Part shown: positions 34,801 through 49,824 of the stretch, one piece after another
How the letters are laid out: the number at the start of each line of letters is the position of its first letter
Numbering within the stretch: position 1 is the first letter of the stretch
Origin: Balanoglossus misakiensis
Lineage: Eukaryota; Animalia; Hemichordata
Assembly: GCA_040954595.2 (NCBI GenBank)
Contig: CM082577.2
Coordinates: 6,657,746 to 6,721,745, forward strand
Direction of reading: 5' to 3'
Length of the DNA stretch: 64,000 nucleotides
The notes under the pieces: generated by a model
Seen by the model: only the letters and a program-made list of their open reading frames with translations
Databases searched by the model: none
Told to the model about the DNA's origin: nothing
Position numbers and translations under genes: made by a program

Positions 34801-36569
34801 CACAACGCTAAGATCACCGATGCATTCCACTTGCGCATGATCTGTTCATAACATCTCTCTACCTCATTAACAACTGTTTCGCATCTCTCCTTCAGCTTTT
34901 GGAGTGTGTGAATTCATCTTCCCAACCCTCGCAATGTCTCAATACACAGTGATCATGTTGGAGAAATAAAAAAGATTAGGGAAAAGTGAGATTGTACTTT
35001 TGCAGTAAAATGATGGCAAATGCTGAATGTGTGTATTTTAAGTCTCGGTGAAAATAGCATGGATGGCAAGCTGAAATTTTAACACACTGGGGTCGTTTTA
35101 CAGATGATGCGAATCCGAAATAAACTTCTCTTCTTCAACCAGCATACGCACACACACGTAACACCAGACATTTCCACTTTCATCACCGATAGCGTCTGCC
35201 GAGAAGTCTTAATTTCTCCGGAATCTCTGTCTCCCCTGAGGCAATGAATTAGAAATGTTGAAAGCTAGATTGCAGTGTTTGACATGTGTTTACAACTGGC
35301 AGGTGTCGGGTTACAAATTAAACACATCGCATTGCAAGTGTGACTTTCTCACCAAGGCTGTAGATCTCCTAGGACAACATAAATATTGGTTTAGTTTCAA
35401 AATCTCACCATTAACGTAATATTTCAGCACTCCCTCCAGGGGTGCGTGTTGTGGGGACAACAGCTATAATATAAATGGGTAGGGCGTGACATATGAGCTT
35501 TGGGATTCAGAGGAAGTGCTTTTAAATGCCTTTTGAGAGGCCAGAGTGGGACCAACTATTGGCAACTTACACAAAATTATACATTCGACATAAATTAAGA
35601 ATTTTGCATTCAAAATGGTAAAATCAATTTCAGCCAAATTGTAAAACCAGTCACTGGGATAAGAGTATTTTGTAACCTGCCCCTTGCCTTTCTTGATTGC
35701 GAAATGCTGGTTCTCGCTAAGAAACTGACATCGTCAACACCTTCCCGAACTGTACCCTACACAAGTATTTAATACTTCGAAACGAGGGATTGCTTGGCCT
35801 TGATGGCCCATTGCGGCATGACTACCAGAAGAAGCTAATCAATGTGTAAAGTTTGTTGGAATTTCCGGGCAAATGTTTCATGATCCACAGGCATTCTGGC
35901 AACGTCTAAACCTACATTGTATGTACAGTATATCGTTATGAGCGACAAAAATCCCAGAAGGAAGTCGAGCAATTTTTCAACACTGGGAAAATCATCCATG
36001 TTGCATATCTCCAATCATTAAATCAATGAAAAATACACTAGTGTAATGACCTGCAAAATTACATTTATTTCCTTGAAAGTTTATCTTTATCACAAAGTAT
36101 TCCTTCAAAGAATTTATAAATAACAAATATTGTAAGAGTGAAATCTTTCAATAATTTTTATCATTTTTTTATCAAAATGTCAAAAGATTTACATTGAATG
36201 GAAACTGCATCAATTTGCAGTTCAATAAATAAGGCATACAACATATGAGAAATTTAGAAAGAATCTAAAACAGCTAAGATGCTGACAAATTTTATGAGTG
36301 AAGCTGATATGAATACAAACTGTAATTTTGTGTGAAAAATTTCTGCAAAAAAAGAAAGTAATTTGCTAAAAGAATGATTTCTTTTAATGACAAGTCCAAA
36401 TTTGATAAGGCAGTAAATAATATCACAATAATTGGATTCATACACTTTCATGACATACACGATTAAAAAAAAAGACACTTCGTTAATAATTGTAAAGGTA
36501 CCTCGCCAGAGGAAGAGTTGAGTGAGTCCTTTCTGATAAATTGGTCGCAATTGTTTTTTTGGGAGTCCT

Positions 36570-39500
36570 CTATGGGGAGTGTGCCATTACGTCCTCGTAC
36601 GATGGTGGCGGTTCAGCGTTAGTGTCCTCAGCCTCTGCAACCGTGGACAGCACTGAAGACACGGAACACATATCTTGAGTCTCCGACTGTCCCGGCTCCA
36701 AGCCTATGAGCGCTGATCTCTCGTTCACCACCTCCACTTCGGCGAATGTAAAGAGCTGGCCGTTGCGCCTGGAGTTTCGCCTGCAAGAAAGGCATACAAA
36801 GACCACAAGGTTACCTCCCCACGGCACGCAGTTCACCGACCTCCCCCCGCCTGGCTCTCTACAGCTTTTATCGGACAACACTATTCAAAACACGGGGTTG
36901 ACTGCGCGAGCTAATAAATAATTCCTTACCTCTTCCCCTCTGTAAAGTCTAGACAATCTTGGAGGACTTCATAGAGTGAAAAGAACGGCCTCACTCGTAC
37001 TCCTTGAAAGTAAAATGATGGGAGAAATTTGCAGCACTGAAATTTTTCACTGTTTTTTACTGAACTCGCTACTAAAAATACCTCACGATAGGATTTCACA
37101 AGCAGTGGCCGGATTTGGCAAAATACACTCAGACATGAGAATTCTGAGTTATGTGCCACAAGTATTTTCATCACGAGAGAAATTGATCATGTTGATTGTA
37201 TGGCCCAGTGGGGTTGATTTCTCGAGCTGCTTAAATAAACTGCAGTATCATTCACTAAACTTTCTTCCTTTCTTTCCCTTCACAGAGCTGGTCACTGTAA
37301 GTCAGTATGATTATTTTAAAGAATCTGACACATGGTTACTGCGATTTGTGTGTTATTATTTTCCATAGTTCAATAAACGAAGGTATTAAACAAAACTTAG
37401 CTATTTTAGGAGTCTGAAATAGTCCCTGTGATATTTGCTGACGAAAATAAACTAAATGGACTCCACATGGTGACAGGGCAGGAACAAAGAGAATTTGCCA
37501 ATTTCAAATCTGTGGTAGACTCATTTTCAAATGTCAAATCTCGATGGAAAAAGCTACCAAGAAAAATGCAGTTTTTTTGTACTGGTAAATTCATGATGTC
37601 ACCAAAGTCTGCTGACTTCAGCGTGCCATCTATGACATTCCATGTACGCAAACTCACTGGCGATGCCAGAAAACGACCAAAGAAATGTCAAGAAATTCTC
37701 AAATTTACTCAAACCCTCTAAAATCATGCTAGTTAGAGTGCACACTGCTGGCGATGGCCTCCGCCTTGTGTAAAAAAAAGCCAGACTGTTATGAATACAG
37801 AGTTTCAGTGATACATTGATCAGACATAAACAAAATGTGGACAATAGGAAGTGACTGTCAAATTATTGAAAACAAGGCTATTTTGAGTAGCTTGAAACAG
37901 TAAATATTTGAAACCATCATGACCTCGGGCATGATATAACAAAGTATGTTACATGTAGACTGAAGAATCTGTATTGCACGATGTCCAGTATTTTGACACT
38001 GTTCTGTTTTAGATGTGTATGTTCACCACAGTATTTTTAAGCTGGCAAGTTGGAAGCAACGCGCAACTAAATCCAAGGTTAAAGAGGTAGGGCAGTTTCA
38101 CCACATTCCTGTGTACACTGCCTGGTGATCATGTTGGACAAACTGGTAAAAAGAGAGAAATTACTGAATCTTTCAATAATTTACATACGTCTTTGTCTAT
38201 TTATTCCCCGATTAAATTTTTTTGTAGCTTACATTCCTTCTCAATTCACGCTATTCACCTGAACCACGGATGAGAAGTTATCACGAAATAAACCTTATGT
38301 AATAGACAATACAGAAATTTACCAAAAAGTGATTTCTAGATAAAGATTTTAGGAAGTTGTTAGTGGCTTATTATTGAGGGGGTAATATAACATACTGTGT
38401 GTTAATTGTTCATGTGAGCATTTGAGGTTAGTCACAGTTTTTATCTTTAAAAACCATTAGATAAGATGCAAGTCTATGGTTTGACTCACCATGCATTGTA
38501 TACCACACATTTGTTGTTTTAAACAACATTTGATTCAGATCGGGGAGTAGGGTTGGACAAAAGTTCCTTCATCGCATTACCATTGGATAGATTAGTTGGG
38601 TGGGAGGAAGGCTGGCAAACACCATGCACTGCACGTCCAATTTCAAGTCCACGTAAGTCATCACATACCCTCTGCGCGTTTTGGGAACGTTATCGTAATC
38701 TGACGACATAGTCTCTTCGTCACTCACGCCTGCGGCTCTTCTCTGCTGTCGGGGCGGCGACACAAACCTGAGACCTGCCAGGGGGTTTGTGTTCGCTTGC
38801 TGCTGGGGGACAACAGGGGGTGCCACCTCTACCCTGGTAACAGTCTGATTTCGGGATTGCCTGTCCTGGGTGTGAGAGGTAGTAGATGGGGGACGGTAGT
38901 GCGGGCAAGAAGGTGAGTGCACTTCGTGATTGGATGAAATTTGACGGTTCGGCTGCGAATGATGATGATGAGGTCGTCTTCTGTGTTTGGGTTGGCCTCT
39001 TCTGTGTGCCGACACACAACAGGCACTTGCTGCTGTCAACATAATAGAACTAGCACCTGTTGGGGGGAAATTATACCAATATAAATTACATTTACCTTCG
39101 CAGGAAAGAAAAGACAACAGTATTTTTTATCAAATGGCCATTGGATAATTGAACGGAATCAACTCAGTCGTGTGTTATTTTATTTTATTATGATTATAAT
39201 ATTATGATGTGGTGCACATCACTGCTACAATGCCAAATCACCAAAACTTGGGATAATAAACATTGATTGATTGGTTGGTTGTTGATTGATTGACTGAATG
39301 AATGAATGATTGATTGATTGATTGATTGGAGTAGGTACTAAGAGAATCTTTTATACAACTTTAACCTGTGGTAATCTGATACTCATCAGGCACATGATCG
39401 TCACAGGTCACATGATCACAGTGGGATAAAACATTTGTTTATAACTTTTTTGTAAACTAAGTACTAGAAACTGTCACACACATATATAATCATGCCCATT

Positions 39501-39953
39501 AACGTTAGCTAATATTTACAATCTACATAAATATATTCGTTTGATTATTTAGAATAAATGCGGAAAATTAGTCCGACTTTATATAACCCAACCTATTAAC
39601 AAATGTACAGCATTTCACACGCTTCATAAGTTCAGTTATATAACAATCGAATAAAATTACGTATTCAACGTAATTTAATCAGTTTTGTTTGTTTTAAATT
39701 GACAATTACGTGTACAATAATTACTCAACGAAACGGTGTATTTTAAAAGTAATTAAATGAGTATTTGGGGAGAATCTACGCGCGTCTTCTCACCTATAAA
39801 ACACGGACCCGTTATCCTGAATCCGAGGATATGATGTTCGATATATCCGAGAGCTGTCAACACCATCCCGAGTACTAACACAAAAATCCCGGTAAACATC
39901 CAACACGTTCCGCACAACGCGAGTCGATCTTGTGGAGGCTCTTCATGCGGCAT
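36570..39953 (-). CDS. Uncharacterised two-TM membrane protein with C-terminal PPxY motif
   Basis: Exon 39953-39793 (MPHEE..WMFTGIFVLVLGMVLTALG..ITGPCFIG), exon from ~39057 (ASSIMLTAASACCV + Pro/His-rich tail), exon ~37002-36930 and last exon 36781-36570 (..EPPPSYEDVMAHSP*). The phase of the middle exons is unresolved. Confidence 0.6.
39263..39328. repeat. (GATT)n/(GAAT)n microsatellite
   Basis: Read directly. Confidence 0.8.
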
Positions 39954-40371
39954 TGTGGAAATGGCTGGAAGTAACTGCTATCTTTTTGAACCCGTAAAAT
40001 ATTGCATTTTCGCGAAAATGTGAGAGAAACTTATTCCTCAACTGTTCGCCCAGCGGCCATATTTACGTCGATTAGACACTCTAAGTTGTTGGAAATTGTT
40101 GTGAAAGAATACTTTCGACAGAAAAGTTAGGTACTCCCATTCAAACTTCGGGGGAAAGTGAATTTAAAGCTATGAAGGTGCTTTTCAACTAGAGATGCAC
40201 AATGTAAAGCTAATAAATAAAAAAAATCACCCGTAATTAAAGTTATCATATCTTAGAGGATCTAAAAAGACCCTGCCAAGATGATCTCGTATCGCATTTT
40301 GCGAGAGTTTGTGGTGAACTTTAAATATCATGTGACGTCATTACATTAAGACAACAATCTCATGATCCAAG

Positions 40372-43300
40372 ATGGCGCTGAACCAGTCAACACAGGGCAA
40401 TGGCGTTGTCCTCTATCAGGGCGAAAGGTAGGATCGCAAATTGTAGTCTACCATCAAAGCAAATCCCACCCTTCTAAGAGAGATTTCCACGCATGTAGAG
40501 GAATGAATAGACGATTGCCTTGTGAACACGTATTAAGCGTACTACGTCAGCTCGTACAGTGTGCGAACTTCTTTTGGACGTAGATGAGTGCATCATTGAT
40601 TCATACGATGTTTTAATAATTGTCATGTATTGCAAACCCTCTCAACACTGTTACTCCCTCCAGGCAGAACTGCATTATATGAAAAAGGGGGAAACGCTTT
40701 ATCAATCGCAGGGGTATTACATTGGAACGACGACGTATACAGTCAACAGATATGGAAAACAAGTTGTCAACAACAAACAATTAACATATGAAATTACGTT
40801 TTAATATTTTATTTTTTATTCAGTATTTCATGTTTGCAATAAATTATGTGAAAATCTTCTCACCCGCATTTGAATCAAGACGGGAATGGGCTGCTTGGAG
40901 TAATTACTCCAGCGATAAAACAGATACACGTAAAGGGAAATTGATGTACTCGTGATTCTGAGACAGAATTCTAGGTCAAAGGTCATTGTCAGATACCAGC
41001 AAGTGTGTCCTCATTTTCACAATGATTGTTTATGTAAAATAGTATGTAAATGAGTGGAAAACAATCAAAATAATGCAGTGATACATGATTTTTTGCCAAG
41101 TCAACCTGAGGTTAGAGATATATATGTAATGCAAGAATGAAAAACAAGGTTGCCTTCAATGTTTTGTATTGGCAGAAGTCATACTATGAACAATTACTAA
41201 TTAGGTTTGTCAATGCTTACATTTGTATACACGTATATTTGTATTTCTTACAGCATTCTGATGCACCAAGAAGATGTAGAGCTAGATTTTGACATGAAAC
41301 CCATGCCTGATCACTTCAGAGGAACGAAGAAAGGAAAACTGTATCTTACAACACAGAGGGTGAGTAGGGAGCTCATCAAGCGGTGTCATCTGTCCTGTGC
41401 CAAATTACTTACTTCTGATTTGAACTTTAGGTACTAGTATTTTAAAGGGCATGTGTGTGCAAGTTACTAGTACAATGGCAGAGATACATTAGCATTAAAT
41501 ATTCACATGTTGATTTTCGTTTCTAAATATAAACCTCAGTTGCCTACCATGCCTATAAGCGTGGAATTTTGAAATCTTTGGTGTGTTTTATTTTCCTCTT
41601 CACAGCTGATATTTCACAATCTGAACCGTGATCTTTTAGTGTCATTTGCAATGCCGTTCTTCTACATGAAAGAAGTGGACATAAAGCAACCAGTATTTGG
41701 GGCCAACTACATCAAAGGAAGAATCAAGGCCCAGCCTGGAGGTGAGATGTTTAACTATTACACGTGATGTAGGCCGCAGTTGCGTAGAATGTAAACAGTC
41801 AGTTAGGTTACCTTAGCTTCTGCACCTTGTGTTGTCATTTGTTGTTTTGTATACTGAGGTTGGCCACCACAGTGAAAATGCATGATTGGCTACTTTCAGC
41901 AAAGACCATATACTTTTGACCTTGAACCAAAGAGACTCCTGGGTAATGATCTCTGATGCATTTAAATCGTGGTAAGTGGTATCAGTGGTGTTATTGCTCA
42001 GACTTGGGTTTCAGCGGAGGACTGGGAATATGATCTCCGCTGCGTGCCACATTAATGATAATAATGGTCACGTGAAATAGATGCTGGTTATACATGTAGT
42101 TGTAATCCCAACATGTAACTGTGTCTGGGGCCTGCTTTAACATTGCATCATATTCTTGCATAAAGCTGGTTTGTTAGGTACATTTACATGTTGTAATCAG
42201 ACATACCGTCTTGATCAGTTTCAGTTGTAGACTTCAGTACAGGGAAACATAATCTGTTGTTGTCCTTAACCTACATTGTTTTTATATGCGTTATAAATAA
42301 AATATCTTCTTTATTTTCATGAGCTCATGCCGTATGGTACATGTATGTCAAATTATCATATCTAAGCTTAGAATTATTTTTTGTGAAACAGAACATTTTG
42401 ATAGATTTGGAAAAAATGAAAGGGACGTATAGAATCTGTAGTGAATGCTTTGATGAAACCAACTTATGTACACTCTCAGTGTGGATTGTATTATTTGCAG
42501 ATTGATCCTCCTGGCATTTGTAGAATCTACACCACATACCATATTATATTTAGGATTGTTTTTTGCTGACATAAAGCATCTCAGAAATTGCTTTCTTGTA
42601 TGCCACACATTTGTGTACATTTATGTGACATATTTTTGAACATAATTTCGTACATAGTACAGAAAATTACTGAACATTGACATTTTTATTGCCATTCTAT
42701 TTAACGCGTTCATCCCCATATCCTTTCATATTGGTCCACTATATACCATTAAAAACAATACGGTTCTTACCAAGTATTGGCTGTAAATGGGTTAAACTGA
42801 AGGCTCACCTTGGGGATGTTGCCAAACACTAAACGTTCAGTACAGAACCGTCTATGCTTTTATCACTATCAGTGGTGGACAAGTCAACATTCCAAGGAGA
42901 TGAGTCGGAAGTGTTACAAAAACTCGCATCAGTTGTCGGATGTCTGTATGGTCTTCTAAAGTTTTGATTCAGTGACACTTGGAAATGGCATCGCATGGGA
43001 TTGGTCATTCCCAGAAGCTGCTATTTGACAGGAATGTTGAATGATAAACTCCCCCCCCCCCCCCAGAAAGAAGGAGTATGCCTTCTGCTTTAACAATGTA
43101 TCTGCTCTTGTCTCTCAATGTCAGGTGGCTGGGAAGGCTCTTCGTATTTCAAACTGACATTCAAGACTGGTGGGGCCATAGAGATGGGAGAGAGACTGAT
43201 GAAGGTGGCAAGTCAAAGTGAGTATAGTGTGGTGTCGTACAGACCAATGATGAAAATAGTGAAACTGGACATATGTCTTGTCTCAATTTTGTACCAGTGC

Positions 43301-44416
43301 TTTACCAAAGCAGTTCCATGATAACTAGCCGGTTTGATATCAGAACCGTGAGTGCAATTGAAAGTTTATCCTTTTTTGTCATCCCAGATGGGAACGTTCC
43401 ACCTGGACCAAGGGGCGCACCCCAGCAGCCGTACCCACCACCAGGTGCATATGCCCCTCCGCCACCACAAATGATGAATGGAGCGCCGGGACCGGCAGCG
43501 TACGGATTTAACTATGACTTCGCCACGGGATCTGCCTATCCGCCAACAGCGCCCCCACCAGGTGAGAAACCTCTGTGGTGATAACTAGAAATCTATCAAA
43601 AAAGAGGACCAGTTTTCTGATGCTGAGATTGTTTCAGGGGAAATGGATGTGAATTTGAAGAATTAGTCGTTTCATTCACAGGGATTTGCCCACTCATTGT
43701 TTCATATCCCTCATTTTGCATCAATAGTTCATGATTGTGGTTTCTTTACTCAACAGATCATCCAGCGCATGCACCACCACCTTACTCGTCAGTGGGTCCA
43801 TCGGCACCGCCAATGGCAGACTATGGAAGCCCCCAAGGTTAGTCAAAACAACATTATTGGGGAATGTCAAACTGCTTCATGATCGTCTGAATCCACAAAG
43901 ATGCTGTGACTGAAACAGAGCGTTAAAATTGAAACTTGAAACATACATAAAAAATATGACCGGTCAATGTATGCCTGCCAAGCAATGTAGATGTATATCT
44001 CTTCAGGACTTTATCACGTCCAAATCTTATAATGTACTCTGAACGGAATTTTCAAAATGTTGTCCATCATTCTGTCTGCATGAATAGATGCCAAAGCCAG
44101 AGAAGCCATGACGAATGGAGGAACTGCCTATTACAACCCACAGAATCCACAGAATGTTTACATGCCACAATCACAGGTCAGTGAAATCTTTGATGTAATC
44201 TTTCGTCACATCCCCCAACAGACATATCGTCGTTAAAGCCAAAGTACGTGTATCCAGATTCTCCTCAAGTGCAGGTGGAACTTAGTAAAGCGGCGTTGCG
44301 AGAGAAAATTTGTCAGGATTGGATCACGGGAATATAACGATATTCTTATTATTTTACAGAGTGCTCCTCCCCCTTACTCAGAAGTTCATCGCCCGGAAGA
44401 CAAAAAGAATCAATAG
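40372..44416 (+). CDS. WBP2: WW domain-binding protein 2 (GRAM domain + PPxY motifs)
   Basis: [65 protein letters not shown] motifs and C-terminal [16 protein letters not shown]. Eight exons. Confidence 0.93.
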
Positions 44417-46748
44417 GATAGTTTCCTCAACGGACTGACTTTCCTATTCATGACGTTATTTACAATTGTATGAAAGGCAGTGGACCCCCATAGATAGTAG
44501 ACTCTTGGATGTTGAGACCGAATTCACCTGGAGTCCATCTGTGCGTGTGTGAAACAATCACTTTCAGATTTACTCTATTAACCTGAAGTGCTGGCTGGGT
44601 AGCTGAATTCCAGCTGGATTTCTTTCTCTCTGTGAATATTGGGCCATCTTTTTTCTCTACTGGTTCGAAAGCAAAGGTGGTTATGTTACAGCTGCATGTA
44701 GTAGTATACACTGGAATTTCCCTTGTAGAATTGTACTTCTCTGCAATGAGGGTAAAGTAAATAGGACTGATGTTTGCCCGTCTCCTAAAAAAACCTTTCA
44801 GAATTGTAATAGAAATCCATTCAGGTGAATATCCTGATTAATTTTGAAATAGTAGTGATTAGAGCATTCCCAAACTCAGATTCAGATTAAATTAGAAACA
44901 CGGAGCTGATTGATGCTGCAAAAACAATTGCACATGAATTCTATAAATGGTTTGTAACATGATTATTATTACCGAATACTTTTTCAAAAACGTTTGTGTA
45001 TAGTGTACCTATCACTATTTTACATATTTTAGCGTAGAACTCTACTATAATTTTAGTAAACATTGTTAATTTATAACGAAGGCTAATCTGGATGATGTGT
45101 GCTTTCTGTGCGAGAAAGGAAGTATTTATGAATTTTGAAAAGAAAGGGGCAATACCTGTGTATAAATATGATTATGTTGTAAATGTATTAAGAAAAATTA
45201 ATAAACTGCATTTATGCTCAAGTTTTTTCCCCATGAATTTTATAGTCTACACATTTTGTCAGAATTAAGAATATACTGAGGGTCTGTGGGCATGGGTGTG
45301 TTCCTATAAGTACACAAATTGTTTATGCACATCTGTCCAAGTACCACATATATTACATGTTTTATATATTTCAAATGTGTTTATTGTAAACATTAAATAC
45401 AACAGACCAACAGTAGCATAATAATTTTATGAACAATCAAAATTTTACATTAAAAGTTGCTGCAAATGTGAACAAGCAAATATATACTATAATATACTAT
45501 AATACACGTAACAAAACTAATTTCTGTAATTAAAATTTGGCAAGATTACATTATCAGTACCTGGAAATTTCTACCAACATCAAAAGGACTGGAGTTCTAC
45601 ATAATACTGCTATCTGTCACCATACTCTGGTCTCCACATGAAAGCAAAAGTACACTTATTTCACAAAACTGGTACATACAATATGCTTCAACTCTTGGAC
45701 TGTTTCTTGGTTGTACGTTTGAATACTGACTGGCACATATTGGGGTAAAAAGTTTACACAAAAGTTAATCATTCCCATAGAAAACAAAATTGGTATGATT
45801 GATAATGATAATATTACCAGTCTGGAAAACAATAAAAAACAGTATGGATCCTATGAATCTCTTGTGACATTGTGAAAATTCAGATGTGCACTTGAGCAGC
45901 AATTGCATGGGTCTGCAGATATTTTCAGTGGCTGCTGTAGTCCTGTCTATAATTTGCCAGTACATGTGTATTTGTTCATAGAAAGTACAATCACACAATG
46001 CCATTTCCCAGTCAAGTGGTAAATTTACCCAGCAGGTAACGGTACTTGCTTTATACACCTACACACCTTCCTTCACTACACACACAACACCTTGCCTCTA
46101 ATTTGATACAAGGTGTCATCCTTTTAAAATGTCAGAGGTGACTAGAACGGCCTCCAGCCAGCATCATTAGCTTTCCTGTTATGAGAAACTCCCTGGAGTG
46201 TACTCGGCATCTTCTATACCTATCTCATCAGCCAGTGCAATTTCCTGTTTATTAGACTACTGACAAATAAGAACATTTTGTACCAAAAAAAAGACAGAAA
46301 CGTATGTCAGCCCTTACCATGCTGCATCTGGGGATATATCTGATGAACAGCAATATTCTCACGAGTAATAATACAACATAATCAATGACCCTGTATGAAC
46401 AGGATTAGTTGAGAAGCTATAGACTGAACATTTCATAAAGCTATCCAGAGAAGAACAAGAAAGTGGACTTGATACACGGGAGAAAAATACTGGAAAAAAA
46501 AGTCAAAAGTTAGAGTAACTAGGGCTTCAACAGAGTACGACAATGTACCACCAAAACGACACCACAAGACAGTGCTTTCCTCGTCTTGTATGAAGGAGGT
46601 TTTATTGAACAAGAGAAGTCTGTGCACCAGATATGAGGTAGAAAAAGTGCTGGTCATTTTTGGTGTTGTTGAGGACGGCAAAAGGACAATGGTTTGGTTT
46701 TCACTCAGTTTTTATTCCACATTTTGCACAGAGAGGTCTTTCGTGGGC

Positions 46749-49700
46749 TTAGGCATACAGCTTGAACTGACTATCGATCTCATCCATGCTGCTTTGACCA
46801 AACTTTTCCTCGCTCTGCTTCATCAGATTGTAAATAGCCTCCAGCTGACGGCGCTGCACTCTGTCAAGAGAAAGAAATCAAGGACGGATTGGTGAATGTG
46901 GCCTGCTTATTATCAGCTCGTTTGGATAATTAATAATCTATACGTCATACCCATTATTGCCTCTCTTGTATAATTATTGTAATTTAGCTATAAATGGATA
47001 CAAATTATAATGCACTCCATGTCCCTACAAATAGGTTCACCTAGATAGATGAATACAGAGGAACCAAAGTCAGCGGACACCCTGTCTGGCACAAGCCCTC
47101 TTCAAACTCTGTTTCTCTGCACTGTCAATTCCAACACTTACTCTCGCTCTTCCTCAATCTGGCTTGGTGTCATCTTCTTCTCAATTTGCTTGGTGATGTA
47201 TTTGGCCTTAGCTTGCTTGACTTTTCCCTGGATGTGTTCGGAGTACGTGAGTGGATCCACTACAGCCGGATGGATGGGATCAGCTTCCGTAACTGGTTCG
47301 ATGTCATCAGGGTTCACGATGCAGTCATCCACATTTTCTGTCTCGCTGTCTCTTTCCTCTGTTTCCGCATCGCCCTGGGCCTTGAAAACCAAATCAAAGT
47401 CACAGTGTTATTCTGGGCCATTAGGAAATAATAATACCGTAGTTTGCCGGGTAAGAGCCCCGGGTGCTGGGCCAACAGATTAGCGAAAAAACAGGGGGGG
47501 GCTTTAGCCCGGATATGGCCTCGAGATTTATGCAAATGAGGGATGGCCACCTCGACTTTTATGCACATTTTTGAGTGGTTCATTCTCCGAGTCCAAGTCG
47601 GGATCTTGGGTGTTTCGCGTCGAGGACGGACTGAAGCAGCTCCACGCGGCCGCTTTGGAAAGCTCCCCGGTGACCTCACACGCGGCAGCGCGTCCATCTA
47701 CGTGATCGTTGAATTCGAGGCACGGTCCCGAGGGACCTGTCTGAGGTCATGTTTTCTAGAGCGGCTATATATAACTCAGCGTGGCCAGTCGGCCGCGGTG
47801 GGTACGATAATCAGCGCGAAAGTAAATCATCATACATTTTTTGTTCACTTTTAGTGACTTTGGGGATGAAAATCCGCCTTTTTTGCATTGCACTTTATTA
47901 AATTTCCAAGAATTTAATGGATATTCGGCCGGGGGGGGGGGGGGGGCTTTAGACCGGATATGGCCTCGATCTACAAATGGGCCCTAAAACCAGGGGGGGC
48001 GTTTGTCCGAGCAGGGGCTCTTACCCGGCAAACTACGGTATATGTATATTGCAAAAAAGCTTTTACTCGTTATCTTTTACCACTTGGTGTGAATTACTCG
48101 GGGCTCAGACTTTGATATCAGTATGAAATAATTGCAATGGTGAGAAAAAGTAAACATTTGTGACACAAGAAGGCTTGAATGATTGAATCTGTTTTTAAAA
48201 AGTGATGCTGACAGAACACGTTTTATATCAAGGTTTTTCCACCTTATTTTATTTTGTTTGCTTTGTTTTATGGTGACATTTGTTTCTCATTAGGTTGGCC
48301 TGCATGGCTTCTTCGTTGTCAAGACAAGATAACAGACCCACAACTCTCGGTGGGTGGTCAGGTTCTCCTCTGAATTAAAACTGATTAACGAGGACGCCAA
48401 ACCTTGAAAATCTTCACTCTCTGATGCCAAGTTACCATGGTGACAATCAAAGGAACAATAGAATGCCACGAGAGGTTACGGAAGAGTAAACTTTACTGGG
48501 CTTGAAATTGAAATAATTACGAGTTCACAAGAGAATTGGAAATGTTAACTATCAAATGAGAAAGAATCTTGTTACTGATCAGCAGTATAAGCTGAAATGG
48601 TAAAAGACTTTTATGACATTTATGCATCGATTATTTCCATCTCCTTATTTTAATGGACTGAATGAAAATCTATCCATAAGAGCAGTGATTTTTATAGTCA
48701 TGAACTTCAAACTCATTGACCAATGTACCCCTGTTTTTATTAGTTTGAAGTCATGGTGTCAGAACAAGACAATCAATATCATTATTTGGCCAAAGTTCTA
48801 TTTTGAAATCCTTCATGAGCATCCTTTGTTATTATTGTAGATTTCTAATCCACTACTTGACAAAAACATAACCAAGAGCCATAACAGAAGAAACTCTAGC
48901 ATACGTGCACATCACAATTCAAATCTCCCAGTAGGTCTGCATGTACAATGTATGCTTTGACCTACTTCGTAATTAGCGTTTGTATTATAGCTGGTGAAAT
49001 GAAAGAAAATCTCATAAACACTCATCGTGTAATGAGTAGGTTGCAGGAGTGTCTGTAATTTTACAATTACCTTCTCTCTGGAGAATGGAAAGCTCAATGG
49101 TACTGAATCTCGGAATTACCATTTCAGAATGAATAACAAAGAAAGTACTCCTGAAAGCCTTGATTTTACTGAAAGGACCATTCCTCATCACATCATGATC
49201 AATGGACAGATGAAGTGCTAAGTACAGCCTGAGAACAAATTCTTTTGGAATTATATGGATATTGCTTGAATGAGGCCAACCAAAATTTGAAACACATGCA
49301 TTTTACTTAGAAACAATGGCCCAGCAATACACTTCAAGTCATATTTATGACAGATTCAGAGACAACAGTAATAACTCATATTTGACAGGAAATAATATGG
49401 TAGGTTTTCCATTCCCCAGTAACTCCTTCAGGCCCCAGTATTATACCTTAGAGTTTTGCTGTTGCCATGGATGTGGTCACTGTTGCCAGGCAGTTTTGAG
49501 TAATTGCAAATACTTCTCAAATGGAAGTCTGGATAAATATTTAGCCAAACAGCCAAGATCTCCAATACCAAAACAGTTCTGCAGTTGAAAATTATGCATG
49601 TTAAATTAAAAGGGAAAAAATGCCTAAATCAAGGCAATATTCAGTAAACTTACCCCAATGTCCTTTTGTTTGCTTGCCTGGGGGTCTGGCTGCTCTGCGG

Positions 49701-49824
49701 CTATATTTCCCACTGTCCTTTTGCTTTGCAAAATTAGAAATAGCAGCGTTCCAATGACTATGGCGAAGACTGTTGTTATAAAAGCGATGGTGTAAAGAAG
49801 ATAATCTCCAGCTAAATCGTCCAT
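46749..49824 (-). CDS. MXRA7: Matrix-remodeling-associated protein 7-like (N-terminal TM, conserved C-terminal helix)
   Basis: Exons 49824-49654, 47380-47142 and 46860-46749 join in frame. KKMTPSQIEEEREVQRRQLEAIYNLMKQSEEKFG..QFKLYA resembles the MXRA7 C-terminus. Confidence 0.8.
47437..48038. mobile_element. Non-autonomous Tc1/mariner-pogo-type DNA transposon (MITE), 602 bp
   Basis: Perfect 25-bp TIRs CCGTAGTTTGCCGGGTAAGAGCCCC / GGGGCTCTTACCCGGCAAACTACGG flanked by TA on both sides. Internal direct repeat gggggctttag(c/a)ccggatatggcctcga. No transposase. Confidence 0.9.

Noticed and set aside
31850-36500. Gene-free 4.6-kb interval with short ORFs
   Set aside because: No coherent exon chain or recognisable protein; probably intergenic or UTR sequence with repeat fragments.
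47314-47854. ORFs inside the MITE
   Set aside because: No transposase motifs; they are by-products of GC richness.
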